In this document: positions 12,136-25,794 of the stretch, piece after piece
Layout of the letters: each line of letters starts with the position of its first letter
Position numbering within the stretch: the first letter of the stretch is position 1
Source: Octopus sinensis
Lineage: Eukaryota
Reading direction: 5' to 3'
Length of the DNA stretch: 64,000 nt
NCBI RefSeq assembly: GCF_006345805.1
Contig: NC_043003.1
Location: forward strand, 107,818,001 to 107,882,000
Notes under the pieces: generated by a model
Told to the model about the DNA's origin: nothing
Database searches by the model: none
The model's input: only the letters and a program-made list of their open reading frames with translations
Made by a program: the position numbers and the translations under genes

Positions 12136-13219
12136 GGTCTCTGTTCTTACTTTTTACTTATCCAGTAGAATATTCAGTAAAATATATTTTATGAGACGTC
12201 TGTTTCTGTGTCTTTTCTTTTTCTTTATCTCTCTTTTTGCCTTCCTCCTTCTCGCTTTCCCTCTCTAACACTTTCCTCTGTGTTATTTCTTTCTCTCTCC
12301 TTTCACTACCGCATGACCTGTAACCATTCATATCTTGTCCATTTCCTTTTTCGCTTCAACTTGGACTCGATCTCTCTGCTCCACCACTCTTCTTACACGG
12401 TATGCTTCCTTCACCTTTTGTTTTACTTTCCATCTATCTCTTTCTCGCTTCCAGTCCTACAAGACATTTTCCTTTGCGTTACTCCCCACAGGTACAACTT
12501 ACGGCCGCACAACCTTTTTTCGTCGTATATGCATAATTATTTTATTTTTGTTCGCATATCCACATTTTATCGTAATTGTTTTCATTATTGCTTTGTACAC
12601 TGGTTAGCTATTCCCAGTGGTTTCTCGCCGCTGGTGTCATCAAAAGTGAACAATATCATTGTTAAAGGCACGAAATTGTTATGAGCCTTTGGACGATGGC
12701 TGATGAGGATTTAGCTATGTCTCGTATATGTAAAATTTTGAGAACATTATTTAATGTAAAATTTTGAGAACATTATTTAATGTAACGCTACGCACATTCT
12801 ACTTCTAATGAAATAAATCGCACGTATCTCGAATGGGCTGGAGTATTTCTATTTTGGATGTATTTGGGGTACTTAGTTGTGCTCATGACTTAGTGTTTGC
12901 TTCTTCCATGGGTATGAGTAAGTATCTCATTTATTTCTTTTGCCACATGTATCACTGACGAAGAGAGGGCTCTTAGTAGCTAACTCTGAATTCGGTCCGA
13001 TATGGTAATAATGGAACTTTTTAGAAATGTCTGTCGACCTTTTTTCGAGTAGCGTGCGTATTGTGAAAAAATTATATGGTTAATGGACAATATGTCCAAT
13101 TTTTCGGCATATTTGGCATTAGAAATTTTTTCCTTTGCCCTCATTTATGAATTGTTTATACATTTAACCGTTTAAGGTATTTTTTAATATGCCGGCCATT
13201 GATAAGAAATTTTATCCTC

Positions 13220-13307
<88 letters not shown>

Positions 13308-13309
13308 TA

Positions 13310-13650
13310 TATACACACACATACACACACACATATATGCATATATATATAATGTATGCACACACACGCATTCACATACACACACATATGTACATACATA
13401 TGTGTATGTATATATATATTGTGGGAAGCGGGAGAGAAAAAAATTACCTTTACACGTGTAAGCACACACATATACATATATATACATATATATACACACA
13501 CATACACACATATATGCATATATATATAATGTATGCACACACACGCATTCACATACACACACATATGTACATATGTGTATGTATATATATATTGTGGGAA
13601 GCGGGAGAGAAAAAAATTACCTTTACACGTGTAAGCACACACATATACAT
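13310..13650. repeat. Tandem duplication with period about 173 bp
   Basis: gtgggaagcgggagagaaaaaaattacctttacacgtgtaagc occurs at 13421 and 13594 with matching microsatellite-like flanks. Confidence 0.85.
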
Positions 13651-15111
13651 ATATATTATATTATATATTCACGTATATATACATACATATGTATATGTAA
13701 TATGTGTATACATACACACGTATTCACACAGACACGCATACATATATACTAGAGTATTTCTTAACTAGGTAATAATGATCCCAGACTGTGATAAAAGCTA
13801 TAATAAATTGTTTGAATAAGTGAATAAAGCGGTAAGATATGAACAAGTAATAAGTTGGCGTTTGTTAGTGTGTATGAATTATAAGTACATATCACCTTTT
13901 TGTATAGAATCAGAAAATGCCATAGAAGCAATCACATACGCATATGCACGCAGAAAGAAGAATAAACAAAAACGAGGATTGTATACACTTATAGGGATTG
14001 TGTAGGCATCACTTACTCAGAAAGCCGTACAAGTATATTCTTGTAGTATTGAGAAACATCCAACTAACCAGCCAAATCATAAACACAATTCCCCGCCAAG
14101 TGGAATATCATACATAAACGTGCTCACGATATTTAATCACACACCTTATACAAACGTACCCACTTCATTATAACTTTGGCCTTAAACACCAACTAAACAC
14201 AGAGCGTAATCGCATATTAAATGACAATTAAAGTATAAATGTATGAAGATATACTACACACATGGCAATAGCTAGACACACTCATTCTCTTACAAAGACA
14301 CTCTATAGATTTTAAAGACAAAAATCTATATAGTTTTGAATCCATTCAACCACTTAAACACACCATACAAGATGATAGTTTCTCTTGTAGTCCGAGAAAG
14401 ACGATTCTACAATTTCTTGATGAACAACCTGCATAAATAACTTCCTTATAGTGATCAAAGATCTATACTGTTCATTAGCTCATTCCCTCCATAAAATCAG
14501 TGCATCACGGTGTATCACGCATCAGGTGACAAAGTTAACGCCGAGCAACGTGAGATGATGTGTTTTGCTCGAGAGCATGACGCATAACCCGGTCCAGGTG
14601 TTCAAACTGAGATCTCTCGATTGTAAATGCAACATTCTAACCAATGGGCCATGCGTCCTCTCCACCATGACATGTACGTAGAAAGAAACCCATAGACGCA
14701 TACATATGTGACCACGATCATTCAAACACACGAATAGGTTGAAATGTTTCAAGGCCTCCTATAAAATGGAACCTATTATATGACTCTCGTTTTAAATATA
14801 TTACTCACATAAATCCAGAAATAAGAATAGCCATGAAGTACAAATTTTAGGTTCCAACCAATGTAAACACAGACCGTTAGCTCAACAAACAGGAAGGTAC
14901 AACACTATACTTGCAAATGCAATCTTTTCTAAAAGGAATATGTAACTGTTGATATAGCCTACTTGTTTATATAGCCTGATAATGAGTATCGTTTATCCTC
15001 TGTTTCAGTTTCATATCACTATTGATCAGAGGATTCCCTCAAGTAAACTAGGAATGCTTACAAAAATCTGAATTTTCACACTAGAATATTATTTTGTCAG
15101 TGACTTGAATT

Positions 15112-15325
15112 TCAATTACCAGTAATAGCCGGCTGTAGTTGTAACTGGGCTTCATGTACCTTTGCATGTCGTTTAAGTCCCCCTGCCGAATTACACTCGC
15201 TTCCACATGCCCGACAGATATGATTAGTATGGTGTGTTACACCACCACCAGTGGCCAGGTTGTCACTCATCTGTCTCGCTTTATGACTACTACGAAGATG
15301 ACTCTTGAGTCCAGCTTTACTGAGG
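15112..15325 (-). pseudogene. Retroelement-type C2H2 zinc-finger fragment
   Basis: CLSKAGLKSHLRSSH and HICRACGSECNSAGGLKRHAKVH (C-x2-C-x12-H-x3-H). The upstream 'ORF' is only (TGTA)n. Could be an RTE C-terminus or an R2/R4-type N-terminus. Confidence 0.6.
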
Positions 15326-15326
15326 C

Positions 15327-15700
15327 ATACATACATACATACATGCATACATGCATACATACATGCATGCATGCATACATGCATGCATACATACATACAT
15401 ACATACATACATACATACATACATACATACATGCATGCATGCATGAATACATACATACATACATACATACATACATGCATGCATGCATGCATGAATACAT
15501 ACATACATACATACATACATACATACAAACATACATACATACATGCATGCATGCATGCATGCATGAATACATACATACATGCATACATACATACATACAT
15601 GCATACATACATACATACATACATACATACATACATGCATACATACATACATACATACATACATACATACATACATACATACATACATACATACATGCAA
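15327..15700. repeat. (TACA)n/(TGCA)n compound microsatellite, about 370 bp
   Basis: Direct reading. It is the source of the MYVC/YIHT ORFs in the track. Confidence 0.95.
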
Positions 15701-15709
15701 ACAAACAAA

Positions 15710-15830
15710 ACTACCCTGTTGTTGATGTTGAAATTCCAATGACGGTACTTTAGATCTAGATTAGAAACCGGTCTTTCACTAGTGGCAAGAAATCTTGAAA
15801 TAAAACTGAACAATGACATACATACATACA
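15710..15830 (+). mobile_element. Isolated 3' terminus of the same element as 20521-21085
   Basis: gatgttgaaatt(c/t)caatga...gaaacc...ggca(a/c)ga(a/t)atcttgaaataaaactgaa(c/t)aatga followed by (CATA)n, shared with about 20975-21070. Confidence 0.8.
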
Positions 15831-17139
15831 TAATATATACATACATACACACACGTATATATATATGTATATATAAATATATATACATGTATATTTGTAT
15901 ATAGTTCAATGTAGGCAACAAACACAAACCGCAAGTAACAATAGTTTTTCCTTTACAACCACATCACATTGAAAACATCATGTCTGATTATCAAAGTTAA
16001 GCAGCGGTGAGAATAGCTGACACTTAGATAATCAGTAGGTGACACCTTGGAAACCTACGTACCGTAAGCATAACGCACCAACGAAAGAGCCTCTACGCAT
16101 TCAATTGGTTTACTAAAAATAGCACCCAAATCCATCATATTACACCATACTGTATTTAAAAAGGAAAGGCTCCACGGAAAATGTAGTTGTAGCTACATCG
16201 TATTTGTGAAAAAGAGATGATTACAGATAGACTACTGAGGTGGGGCTAAGCAACAACAACAGCAAGGTGTTTCTTTGGAAGTTTGAGTGCAAAAAGAAGT
16301 AGAAAAACAATCGCACCAAAATTGCAAGAGTTTAAAAAGTAAATATGACTTAAAAACTTAAGCATTGTAGAAAAAATATATCTGTATCCACAGCTACAAT
16401 TTGTATGAAAATAACACATCTTTGAAAAAAAAAAAGCTCTACTCACATTGACAATGCTATTGCTAGAGATAACTGAATATTTAAGCAAGGTATAAACACA
16501 GGCTGGCGAAACAGATAAGCAATCAACCTCTGTGTATATGTTGTAAACTATGCAGATGGATGCTGGAAAATCGTTGATACAAAAGCTACAGCAGAAGACA
16601 TTATAGAAATCATTGTCCTGAGCCATAGCAGTAACTGATCACTGCTTTGGTTCCCACAATTCTTTTTGACTAATATATTCGCTTGAAAAATAAGAAAACA
16701 ATTGCTAAAATGCATAAGTAAAACATCTGAACTTCTGAAAATTACTATAAGCACTGGCGTGTCTGTGTGGTGAGAAGTTTGCTTCACAATCACATGGTTC
16801 CTAGTTCAGTTCCACTGAGTGGCACCTTGGGTAAGTGTCTTCAACTATAGAATCGGGCCGACCAAAGCCTTGCGAAGTGAATCTGGTATACGGAGAGTAA
16901 AAGAAACCCGTCGTATAAATATTATATCTATGTTTGTGTGTGTGCGCAAGCGTCATCTCTACTAAATGTCTCACCACTCTGTTCTATTTGTATGTCGAGC
17001 GAAGACGATGCCACCTTTATCCTTCTTCCTTTCTAGTCAGCACTCTGCATTCCTTACTCTTTCCCGCCTTACTGGCAGAGAGCCACTTCTACACTATCAA
17101 CTAGCAGCCAGCGGGGGAACTTGTCACTCCTACTACAAT

Positions 17140-17220
17140 TACCGTATTTTCCGGTGTATAAGTCGCTATTTTTTACCAGGAAAATTTAGAGTGCGGTTTA
17201 TAGAAAAGTGCGCCTAATAT
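17140..17220 (+). mobile_element. Single end of a pogo/Tc2-like DNA transposon
   Basis: TACCGTATTTTCCGGTGTATAAG resembles the recalled Tc2/pogo-type TIR. No partner TIR seen. Confidence 0.45.
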
Positions 17221-19419
17221 GTTTACTTTATAAGTTTCAGGAGGAAAATAATTTGTGCATAGAGATCGACTGATTCCACTGACATTTTCAGAGGAAAGAT
17301 CGGTTGGTGAACAACGTGAAAGACTACGGCTACAGTACATTGGTGCCTGGAAGAAAAAGCACATTTGGTTTGCTTTGCCTTCATGTTTTGATGTTATTTT
17401 AAATCTAATTTTATATTGACGAAATGTGTTTGTTGTTGATTATAGTAAGATAAAATCATAACAATTACAATACATCTCATAGTTGTAAAATATGGCATTT
17501 TGAAACTACATACACGTCAACAATAAAAGAGCTAGCTGCGGACCCGTACCTCTGTATGCTTACTGGTTACTCTGACGCGAGAAACAAAAACAAATTAAAT
17601 AAATAAAATTTTAAAAAAAGGGGTAATATGCAACACAGGCTGTAAAACAAAAAATAAAATAGAACAGAGTGGTGACATTTAGTAGAGATGACCCGGAAGT
17701 GGTTCCTCTTCGATTACTATCACAAATAGCAGTAGCATTCTTCAACTGAATACACGTCGGTAATTGGCTAAAATTACCCAAATACGACAACTTTAACACG
17801 AAATAACTTCTAAAATACGAAATTTTGCCAAAAATGTTTAAAGTAAACTGTGTTCTGGGTGAGAAATTGCACCAGAATACAAAGTTTCAAACTGTTTAGT
17901 TAAAAAAAAAAATAATTAAAAAATCTGTGGGCCAAATTGAACAGATTCCATATAAATTTTTATATAAAAAATATATAAACTTTAAATGCGATTTTTTTCA
18001 ACTTTTACCAACAACGTAGACGCTGGTATATCAAAGCAATCTGGTGTTCCCTTTCTAGTCCAAAATTTTCCTTGGTGATGAATTATGGTCTTCCTCGCCT
18101 CAAGTATAACTTTTATTACCTTCATTGATTAGTTAGTCCTATTCTTTGCGAAAATAAGAACCTTATTAAGTAGAATAGGACTAATCGATTGATAATAACT
18201 ATCAATGCCAAATTGGATGAATTTTTATTTCTTCTTGTCGCTTAAGCATTGAAACCATTTAATTGTTCCCAGTGTGTTTGGACCTCTGAAAAAGTGTGAA
18301 TTGTTTTTTTAACTTAAATTTTCGCATATATATACATACATACATACATATATATATATACATATATATGTATATATATATATACACACACTCATACATA
18401 CACAATATGTAAATTTATGCATATGCTGAGAAAGTGAGTATTATACGAATATAGGGCACGAAAGAAAATTAGACGTAACATTTCTGCTAGAATATGTAAT
18501 GTCTTTATTTTGGGAGCGTTATAATTATATTTTCGCATGCATGTATACTTTTGAATATGCAAGTGTGATAATTTATTTTTGAATGACGTGTACTCTTTTG
18601 AATTTTGATTTATTTAAAATTCATAAGGGCTTAATTGATTGTCGATCTGTGGATGACAGCAACTTTCACTGTCGGTTCCTGATTTTATTTTCGATATCTT
18701 TGAATTTGATTAATGTATTGTGATTCGATATTATATTGCATTATGTCGTTATTTTTTTTCTTTGACCTTTTGATTTAAAAAATGTCTTGCTTGTTAATTT
18801 TTTCGTATTTTATATAATGGAGTCGTAGGACCTATTCCTAAATTGTATGTTATAGCTGAATTGTTAGTTTGTATGGTAAATCTTGATTATTCTGGGTACC
18901 TAAATAGCTATTACAAGTGCCAAAAATTTTAATTCAAAATAATTTCTGGTTCGTTATGTTATAAAGGGTACCCTTAAACCAGTCACGGACAAACGGCAAT
19001 CTGCAGAATTTTCTGAGTGGCATGCCTAATTTCAATATATATCCTACGATTGCCGAAACTTCGAAGTCACTGTTAACAGAATTCTTGTATAAGAATGGCT
19101 GTGTGGTAAGAAGCTTGCTTCCCAACCATATGGTTCCTAAGTGTCTTCTACTATAGCCTCGGACCGACCAAAGCCTTGTAAGTGGATGTGGTAGAAGGAA
19201 ACTGAAAGAAGCCTGTCGTGTATATATATGTGTGTGCGTGCTTGTGTTTGTATGTCTATGATTGTCCCCCACAATCGCTTGACAACCGATGTTGATGTGT
19301 TTACGTCCCCGTAACATAGAGGTTCCGCAAAAGAGACCGATAGAATAAGTACTAGATTTAGAAAGAATAAGCCCTGAGGTCGATTTATTCGACTAAAGGC
19401 GGTGCTCCAGCATGACCGC

Positions 19420-19670
19420 TCCAATAGCAGTGATCCGATTTCTCTGGTCGGAATGTGTGTCAGGTGCTGGAATTCATCGGAGGCGTTTAGCACAATACGG
19501 GGACAGTGCACTACTGCGTAGAAGTGTTTATGAGTGGATCAAGAAGTTTAAAAGTGACCAGACAAGCATGACGCACAAAGATGGAGCAGGACGCCCGTCA
19601 ACCTCCATCACTGACGAAAAAATTCAGCAAGCTCGAGAGATAGTAATGGTGAACCGGTTCACTATTACCA
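19420..19670 (+). mobile_element. mariner transposase N-terminal (HTH) fragment
   Basis: AVIRFLWSECVSGAGIHRR...RRSVYEWIKKFKS...GAGRPSTSITDEKIQQARE. Confidence 0.85.
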
Positions 19671-20520
19671 TCTCTCGAATCACTGCTCTTCGTTCTTTGG
19701 TGCACATTGCTAGCGAAACGGCTATTCTTATACTGTAAAGCCAGAAAGAAAAACGGCGTGATCTGGCTCAAACTTCAGTCACGTGACCACAATAGTACCG
19801 TCTATAAGCACGCATGCGCAGAAGGCAGTGTGACAATAATAAAGATATGTTATGGCGAAAGTGCGGATAATTTGACTCACCCTCATATAATATGACTTAC
19901 CCTCGTATAATATATATATTTATGTATTTGTGTGTATGTACGTGTGTGTGTATTTGTGTGTGTGTGTTTGTGTGTGTGTGTGTATGTGTGCGTGTGTTTT
20001 TAATGCTTATTAAAATTTTTTAGTAGCGGGTTCGTCTCATGCGGGTCGCTTCTTGAGAAAATTTGCGCAACCCTGCTTTAAACCATACTTTTTGTCATTA
20101 AAGAACACCTCCACTTGTAAACGTTTATCATTAAACTTTATATTTCGTGTTCAAATCTTTGTGCAGGAATTATTTCCTTTTTAGTAGCTAAAACCAATAA
20201 CATTTTAAATTCCGATTTTCAATGTTTTTATTGTACTAATGGCTTTATCTGTGTTGTTTCTAATCATCATTTTTTAATTAGCCATAATTACTTTTATTCC
20301 TGCTGGTTTCAGTCACTGGAGTGAAGCCATGCTAGAGCACTGTGCTTAAAGCTTTAGTCGAACAAATGGACACCAGTATTTGCTTTTTAAAAGTATGGTA
20401 ATTATTCTCTTTTGCCGAACTGCTAGCTGACAGGGACACAAACAAACCAACACCGGTTGTCAAGTGGTGACGGGAGAAACATTAAATCACACATATACAT
20501 ACATACATAAACATAATTGA

Positions 20521-21085
20521 GCTGATATCGTAATTTGGGAGAGAAGAGAGAAACTGTATACAGTTGTGGAAATCAGCTGCCCAGCTAAAGATCGGCGAAA
20601 AAGAAAATACCTATGCTGAACTATTGAGGACTCTATAGCTACTCTGTCCAGATTACAACCTCAGGTTTATACCTGTAATTATTGGGGGCACAGGGATATA
20701 TAACACACTGCCTAAATACCAATATTGAGAAATTAAGCTTCTCAAAACCAAACCAGAAAGGAGAAAGCTAATTCGAAGACTACGAATCCAATCCATCACT
20801 GGAACTGTAAAATTCTTTCAAACTTTCTTGAAGTTTATCTTTTAAGTACATATTATCATGTGTAGACATGTAACTATATACATGAGAAGATATGCATAAA
20901 ACATAACATACAAATCTGCATATATACATACATAGAAAAATACATACATACATGCATACAGAAGTACCCTTTTGATGTTGAAATTTCAATGAGGGAACCT
21001 TGGATCTAGGTCGAAACCAGCTCTTTCTCTATTGGCACGATATCTTGAAATAAAACTGAATAATGATATACATACATTCCTTCAT
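20521..21085 (+). mobile_element. 3' fragment of an R4/NeSL-like RLE retroelement with 3' UTR ending in (CATA)n
   Basis: ADIVIWERREKLYTVVEISCPA (PD...E nuclease motif, P replaced by A), then after frameshifts EKENTYAELLRTL*LLCPDYNLRFIPVIIG and RRKLIRRLRIQSITGTVK. Stop at 20843-20845. Confidence 0.75.
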
Positions 21086-22605
21086 ACATACACACATACA
21101 TACGTATGTACATACGTTCATACACATATACATACAAACATACACACATATATGGTACAAAAATACAACACAAAGACGAGGTAAAGAGCAAATATTGAAT
21201 GCATTAGGTTGATATTAAGAAACACGACAAGCTATCACACAGTTTCAATGTACATTTTCTTATATAATAAAAACATCTTCTGTACTGTAAGTGGACCAGA
21301 AGTTCTTAATCTTTTGGGACTCAGAACATCTCCTTTCATCAAACGGCGTTTTAAAAGCACCTCCCTTTCCAAGTTTTGCAAAAGCAAATTAAAACAAAGA
21401 GCAAATTAGTTCAGTCAAACAGGCGCTAATTTTGCGCAGATGTTTATCATCCATATGTTTTTTACGTTATCATATCCCCCATGATATTTGCATAGACTAA
21501 TGTTCTCTATGTTAAAATCGCATGGAAATTACAAAAGATGGCGAGGACTTATACAATGAAATTATATTAAAAGTTAGCGCATCAGCAGCCATGCTTCTGC
21601 TTACTGACAACAATGTCTTATTTATATTCTGTTCCTTCAAAGATTTTCTTTTTGAAAATATATCTAAAAATGCAGAATTGCATATGGTTTAAAATTTTTA
21701 CTTAAAAAAAAATTACAGCCTCTATGAAAACCAAGCGTCTCCATAGATTCCTTTTGACATTTGCCATCTGTTTACGAGCTAACAGTGAAAGTCTGTGGCC
21801 TAGTGTTTAGGGTGTTGCACTGAAGATCGTGGTTTCGATTCCATGACGAGCGGTGTGTTGTCTTCGTGAAAAAAACACTTCATTTAAGGTTGCTCTTGTC
21901 AATTAAGCTGTACATGTTTAACCTTGTGACAGACTGGTGTCCCATTCAGGGGAAAATGATGTGATTTCCGTTACTTATATGCCAAGAAAACCGGGTAGCC
22001 CGCCCTAAGAGTCCTAGAGCTCGAGTCAACAATGGCTAGGAGTTACCTCCTACCTTATGGTCATATGATGAAAGGGTCTTGCACCATTCAACCCGAGAGC
22101 CAGTATTCTAGAACAGGCTGTTTTTGAAATTATTTAATAACTTTTATAAAGTAATTTATTGTATTTGTTTATTGTTTATTTTACTTTTACCAAAGATTAT
22201 GAGAGGCCGTTTTATAATTTCGCTTATTTTGTAACCTTGAGGAGAATCATAAGATTTGAAACGTTGTCACCACTTGTAAAACTACTAAAAGTCTCTTTGA
22301 AATAAACATTTTAAGACATTAAATATACCACGAATGAATACTTATTGCATATATCCATAGTTTCGTCATCCTAAATATCATCAATAAGCAAATATAGAAT
22401 TTAAACGTAGGTACACAAAAACTTATTCTTACCAATAAATTCTAAATTTTACCAAATCAGAAACAGATTTAATTCTCATAAACACACTTAATCCACTAAC
22501 GTTTCTTATAGACGTATTAAACTGTTCATTCTTCTATACTCATTTATTTTACAAAATGTCTCTATAAAGTTTGTACCCACTTATTGATTATGTTTATTGT
22601 ATGAT

Positions 22606-22850
22606 TTATTACCTCCGCCAAGGAAGGAGGTTATGTTTTCATCGGCGTTGGTTTGTCCGTCTGTCCGTCTGTGTGCAAAATAACTCAAAAAGTTGTGAAC
22701 GGTATTTGATGAAACTTGCAGAAAATGTTGGTAATGACACTAAAAACAGATGATGAAATTATGGCAGTGATCCGGGAATTTGTATGGTTTCTTGAAGGAT
22801 TTTTCATTTGTCATAGCTACTTTACATGAAATATTAGTTACGTTCTTTGA
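22606..22850 (+). mobile_element. DINE-1/Helentron-associated-like non-autonomous element
   Basis: Starts TTATTACCTCCGCCAAGGA(A)GGAGGTTATGTTTTC and carries a (GTCY)n microsatellite (gtccgtctgtccgtctgt), a recalled hallmark of these rolling-circle derivatives. Confidence 0.6.
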
Positions 22851-23144
22851 TTATCTCCCTTCGAGTTTAGTTGGAGCCCTGGTCTGCTTGTTATAACTTC
22901 TCTATTTTACGTTATTTCGCCTACTGGAGTATTCATTTTTATCAAACCCATTCATATTAAACCCAATTTATTAGCCATTTTACAAGTGTAAAATTATTTT
23001 TTACCCTTCACGCACCCGCTCCGTTTAGTTCTATTACTTATATTTATCCTGTTCTCTTACTGAAAACCAATACACTTATTCGTTTCTGATTTTTTGTTTA
23101 GACCCTATTTCAACTCCCGAGTAGAAAGGATTATTGTCCAAACT

Positions 23145-23885
23145 CTTAAGGCTGCGAGCTGGCAGGATTATTAGCACGCCGAGCAAAATGTTTAACGGCA
23201 TTTCGTTCGTTTTTATGTTCTGAGTTAAAATTCCGCCCAGGCCAACTCCGCCTTTCATCACTTTCGAGATCGATAAAATAAGAACACTGGGGTCGATGTG
23301 ATCGACTTACCCAATTCTCCCAAAACTGCTGGCCTTGTGCCAAAATTTGAAATTTTAATGCCAGCTTATAAACAAAGAAATCATTATTATCCTCACTCAT
23401 AAGGCGACAAACTGTCAGGGTCGTTACCACCCCTGACAAAATGCTTGGCAGCATTCCTTCCAGCTTTACGTTCTGAGTTCAAATACTGCCGAAGTCTTCT
23501 TTGCTTTCTATGCTTTTAAGATCGATAAAATAAAGTTCCATTTGAGAACAGGGAATCGATGTAATCGACTTGCTCCCCAATCTCGCTCACAAAAATTGCT
23601 TGCATTGTGCCAAAATTAGCAAGAATTATTATTTCAAGGCAGCGAGCTGGCAGAAACGTTAGCACGCCGGACGAATTGCTTAGCGGTATTTCGTCTGCCG
23701 CTACGTTCTGAGTTCAAATTCCGCCGAGGTCGACTATGCCTTTCATCCTTTCGGGGTCGATAAATTAAGTACCAGTTACGCACTGGGGTCGATATAATCG
23801 ACTTAATACGTTTGTCTGTCCTTGTTTTTCCTTTGTCTGTCCCTCTATGTTTAGCCCCTTGTGGGCAATAAAGAAATAAGAATTA
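23145..23885 (+). mobile_element. Three head-to-tail family-A SINE copies
   Basis: Heads near 23148, 23400 and 23636, each with GTTCTGAGTT(C/A)AAAT and ...GATCGATAAAATAA or GGTCGATAAATTAAGTACC. Confidence 0.85.
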
Positions 23886-23936
23886 TTATTTTAGCCCATA
23901 CTCGATATTCTAATAATTTAATTCTATTACTATGTG

Positions 23937-24232
23937 TGGAGGCACAAAGCCTAGAGGTTAGAGCAGCGGACTTGGGATCGCGGGTTCGAATCTCTGATCG
24001 GGTGAATTGTGTTTTTGAGCGAAACACCTTAGCTCCACGCGGCTCCGGCAGAAGGTAACGGCGAACTTCTGCTGACTCTTTCGCCACATCTTTCTCTTGC
24101 TTTTCCTCCTGCATCTAGCATCTCACCTGCGACGGACCGGCGTTCCGTCCAGGTGGGGAACCTATACGTTAATGAAACCGGGAAACTGGCCCTTATAAGC
24201 CAGGCATGGCTTGAGAAGGAACAAATAACAAC
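23937..24232 (+). mobile_element. Family-C SINE
   Basis: Collinear with 8941-9250. Confidence 0.85.
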
Positions 24233-24286
24233 TGACTATGTATTTTCTTGTTCTCTTCCCTCCCTACTCTCTAAAACTTACTAGAG

Positions 24287-24365
<79 letters not shown>

Positions 24366-25331
24366 GTTCTCTATATGTATTTAAAGTTTCTTTTCCTTTT
24401 CTCTTATTTATCTTTCCTCTACCTCACCAACTATGGTATCTAGTCACCTTTTTAAAATAATACATACTTCCTCAATTTCTCTCAGCATTGTCTAGATCTA
24501 TTTAAATACCTTTGGTTAATTTATATGATCTGACTTAAATATTATTTTACGGTTGGCTTTTCTAACCTCTAAGAATACGTCAATTTATTTTCTCAACAGC
24601 GCTAATAGTTTTAACAGGAATATTTTTCAGTATACCACATGAATTCTTTATAAATGCCATACGATTCTCAGACAATATATCGCTTTTACTGTCAATATTT
24701 TTACCATTTTATTACTATTGTTATATTTTAATTAGTTAATAACCTTTTCTTCCATAGTACACTTATAAGAGTTTCTCAAATGTATTTAAACCTTCATATA
24801 TTTTGTTTGCCCCCTCTTAAGCTATCAATTATGCCTCTTTCTTAACTATTCCTCTTTTATTCTTCCTTTACTTTGTTTTCTCCATAATTTCTTAATTTTT
24901 TTCCCTTTGCTTTACAATATTTAAATTATTTCCATCCTTCTTTCGCATAATACTTTTGAATATAAATTTCACTGACGGGAAACTCCACATCTAAGGAAAC
25001 GCTTCAGTATTTTCCTTACTTTTTCTCTTTTCTCTTCCTCTTGTCCTTTTTTCTAAACGTCTCTCTCTTGTTGGAAACTCTTTCCAATAAACCTTCCCAT
25101 AGATAAATATTATAACCATGTTTTTCTTTAAATGATACTATTTTCCATTCGTTTGATAAGATTCTATGATCGACTCACACTGCTGTTTGTCACGCGAATA
25201 TTAGATATGCATATAATATGTATGCCTGCACAAATACATACGACACAGACACGCACTTATATATAATGTATTATGCTTGTATGTATGTGCGTGTGTGTGC
25301 ATGTACACATGCAAAGACACACACATATATA

Positions 25332-25374
<43 letters not shown>

Positions 25375-25763
25375 TATAGATACACACACATATATAAATA
25401 TGTATGTATATATATATATTTATATATATATATTTACATATATATATATGTGTGTGTGCAGACGTATGAACGCAAATAAATACATCTAAATATTTCATAT
25501 ATTTTATATAGAATATGTATATATATGTATACCATACACACACACACACACACATATATATCTCCATATCTGTCTCTTTCCTATGTTTCTCTGCATATAT
25601 ATATCTATATATATATATACATATATTTGCACATACATTTTTATACATATATTATATCATATATATGTATGTATATGTCATAATATAGTTATGAACATAT
25701 ATATGCACAAAAATGTAAATATATATACACAGAGAAACATGGGAATGAGAGAGAGAGAGATAA

Positions 25764-25794
<31 letters not shown>

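Noticed and set aside
12955-12985. CUGACGA-AGAG(AGGG)CUCU half-hammerhead
   Set aside because: No GAAA or UH follows, so it cannot be supported as a ribozyme.
13156-13768. Long [12 protein letters not shown] ORFs here and at about 7262, 8474, 15112-15927, 25201, 32183-35880, 43050, 47606 and 63313
   Set aside because: They are translations of (TA)n, (CA)n and (TACA)n microsatellites, which lack stop codons in some frames. Not genes.
16246-16640. ORF-like region possibly from a hAT remnant
   Set aside because: No diagnostic motif could be read in any frame.
24400-25140. Strand-asymmetric AT-rich stretch resembling a decayed ORF on minus
   Set aside because: All frames are riddled with stops and I could not match any motif. 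Left unclassified.
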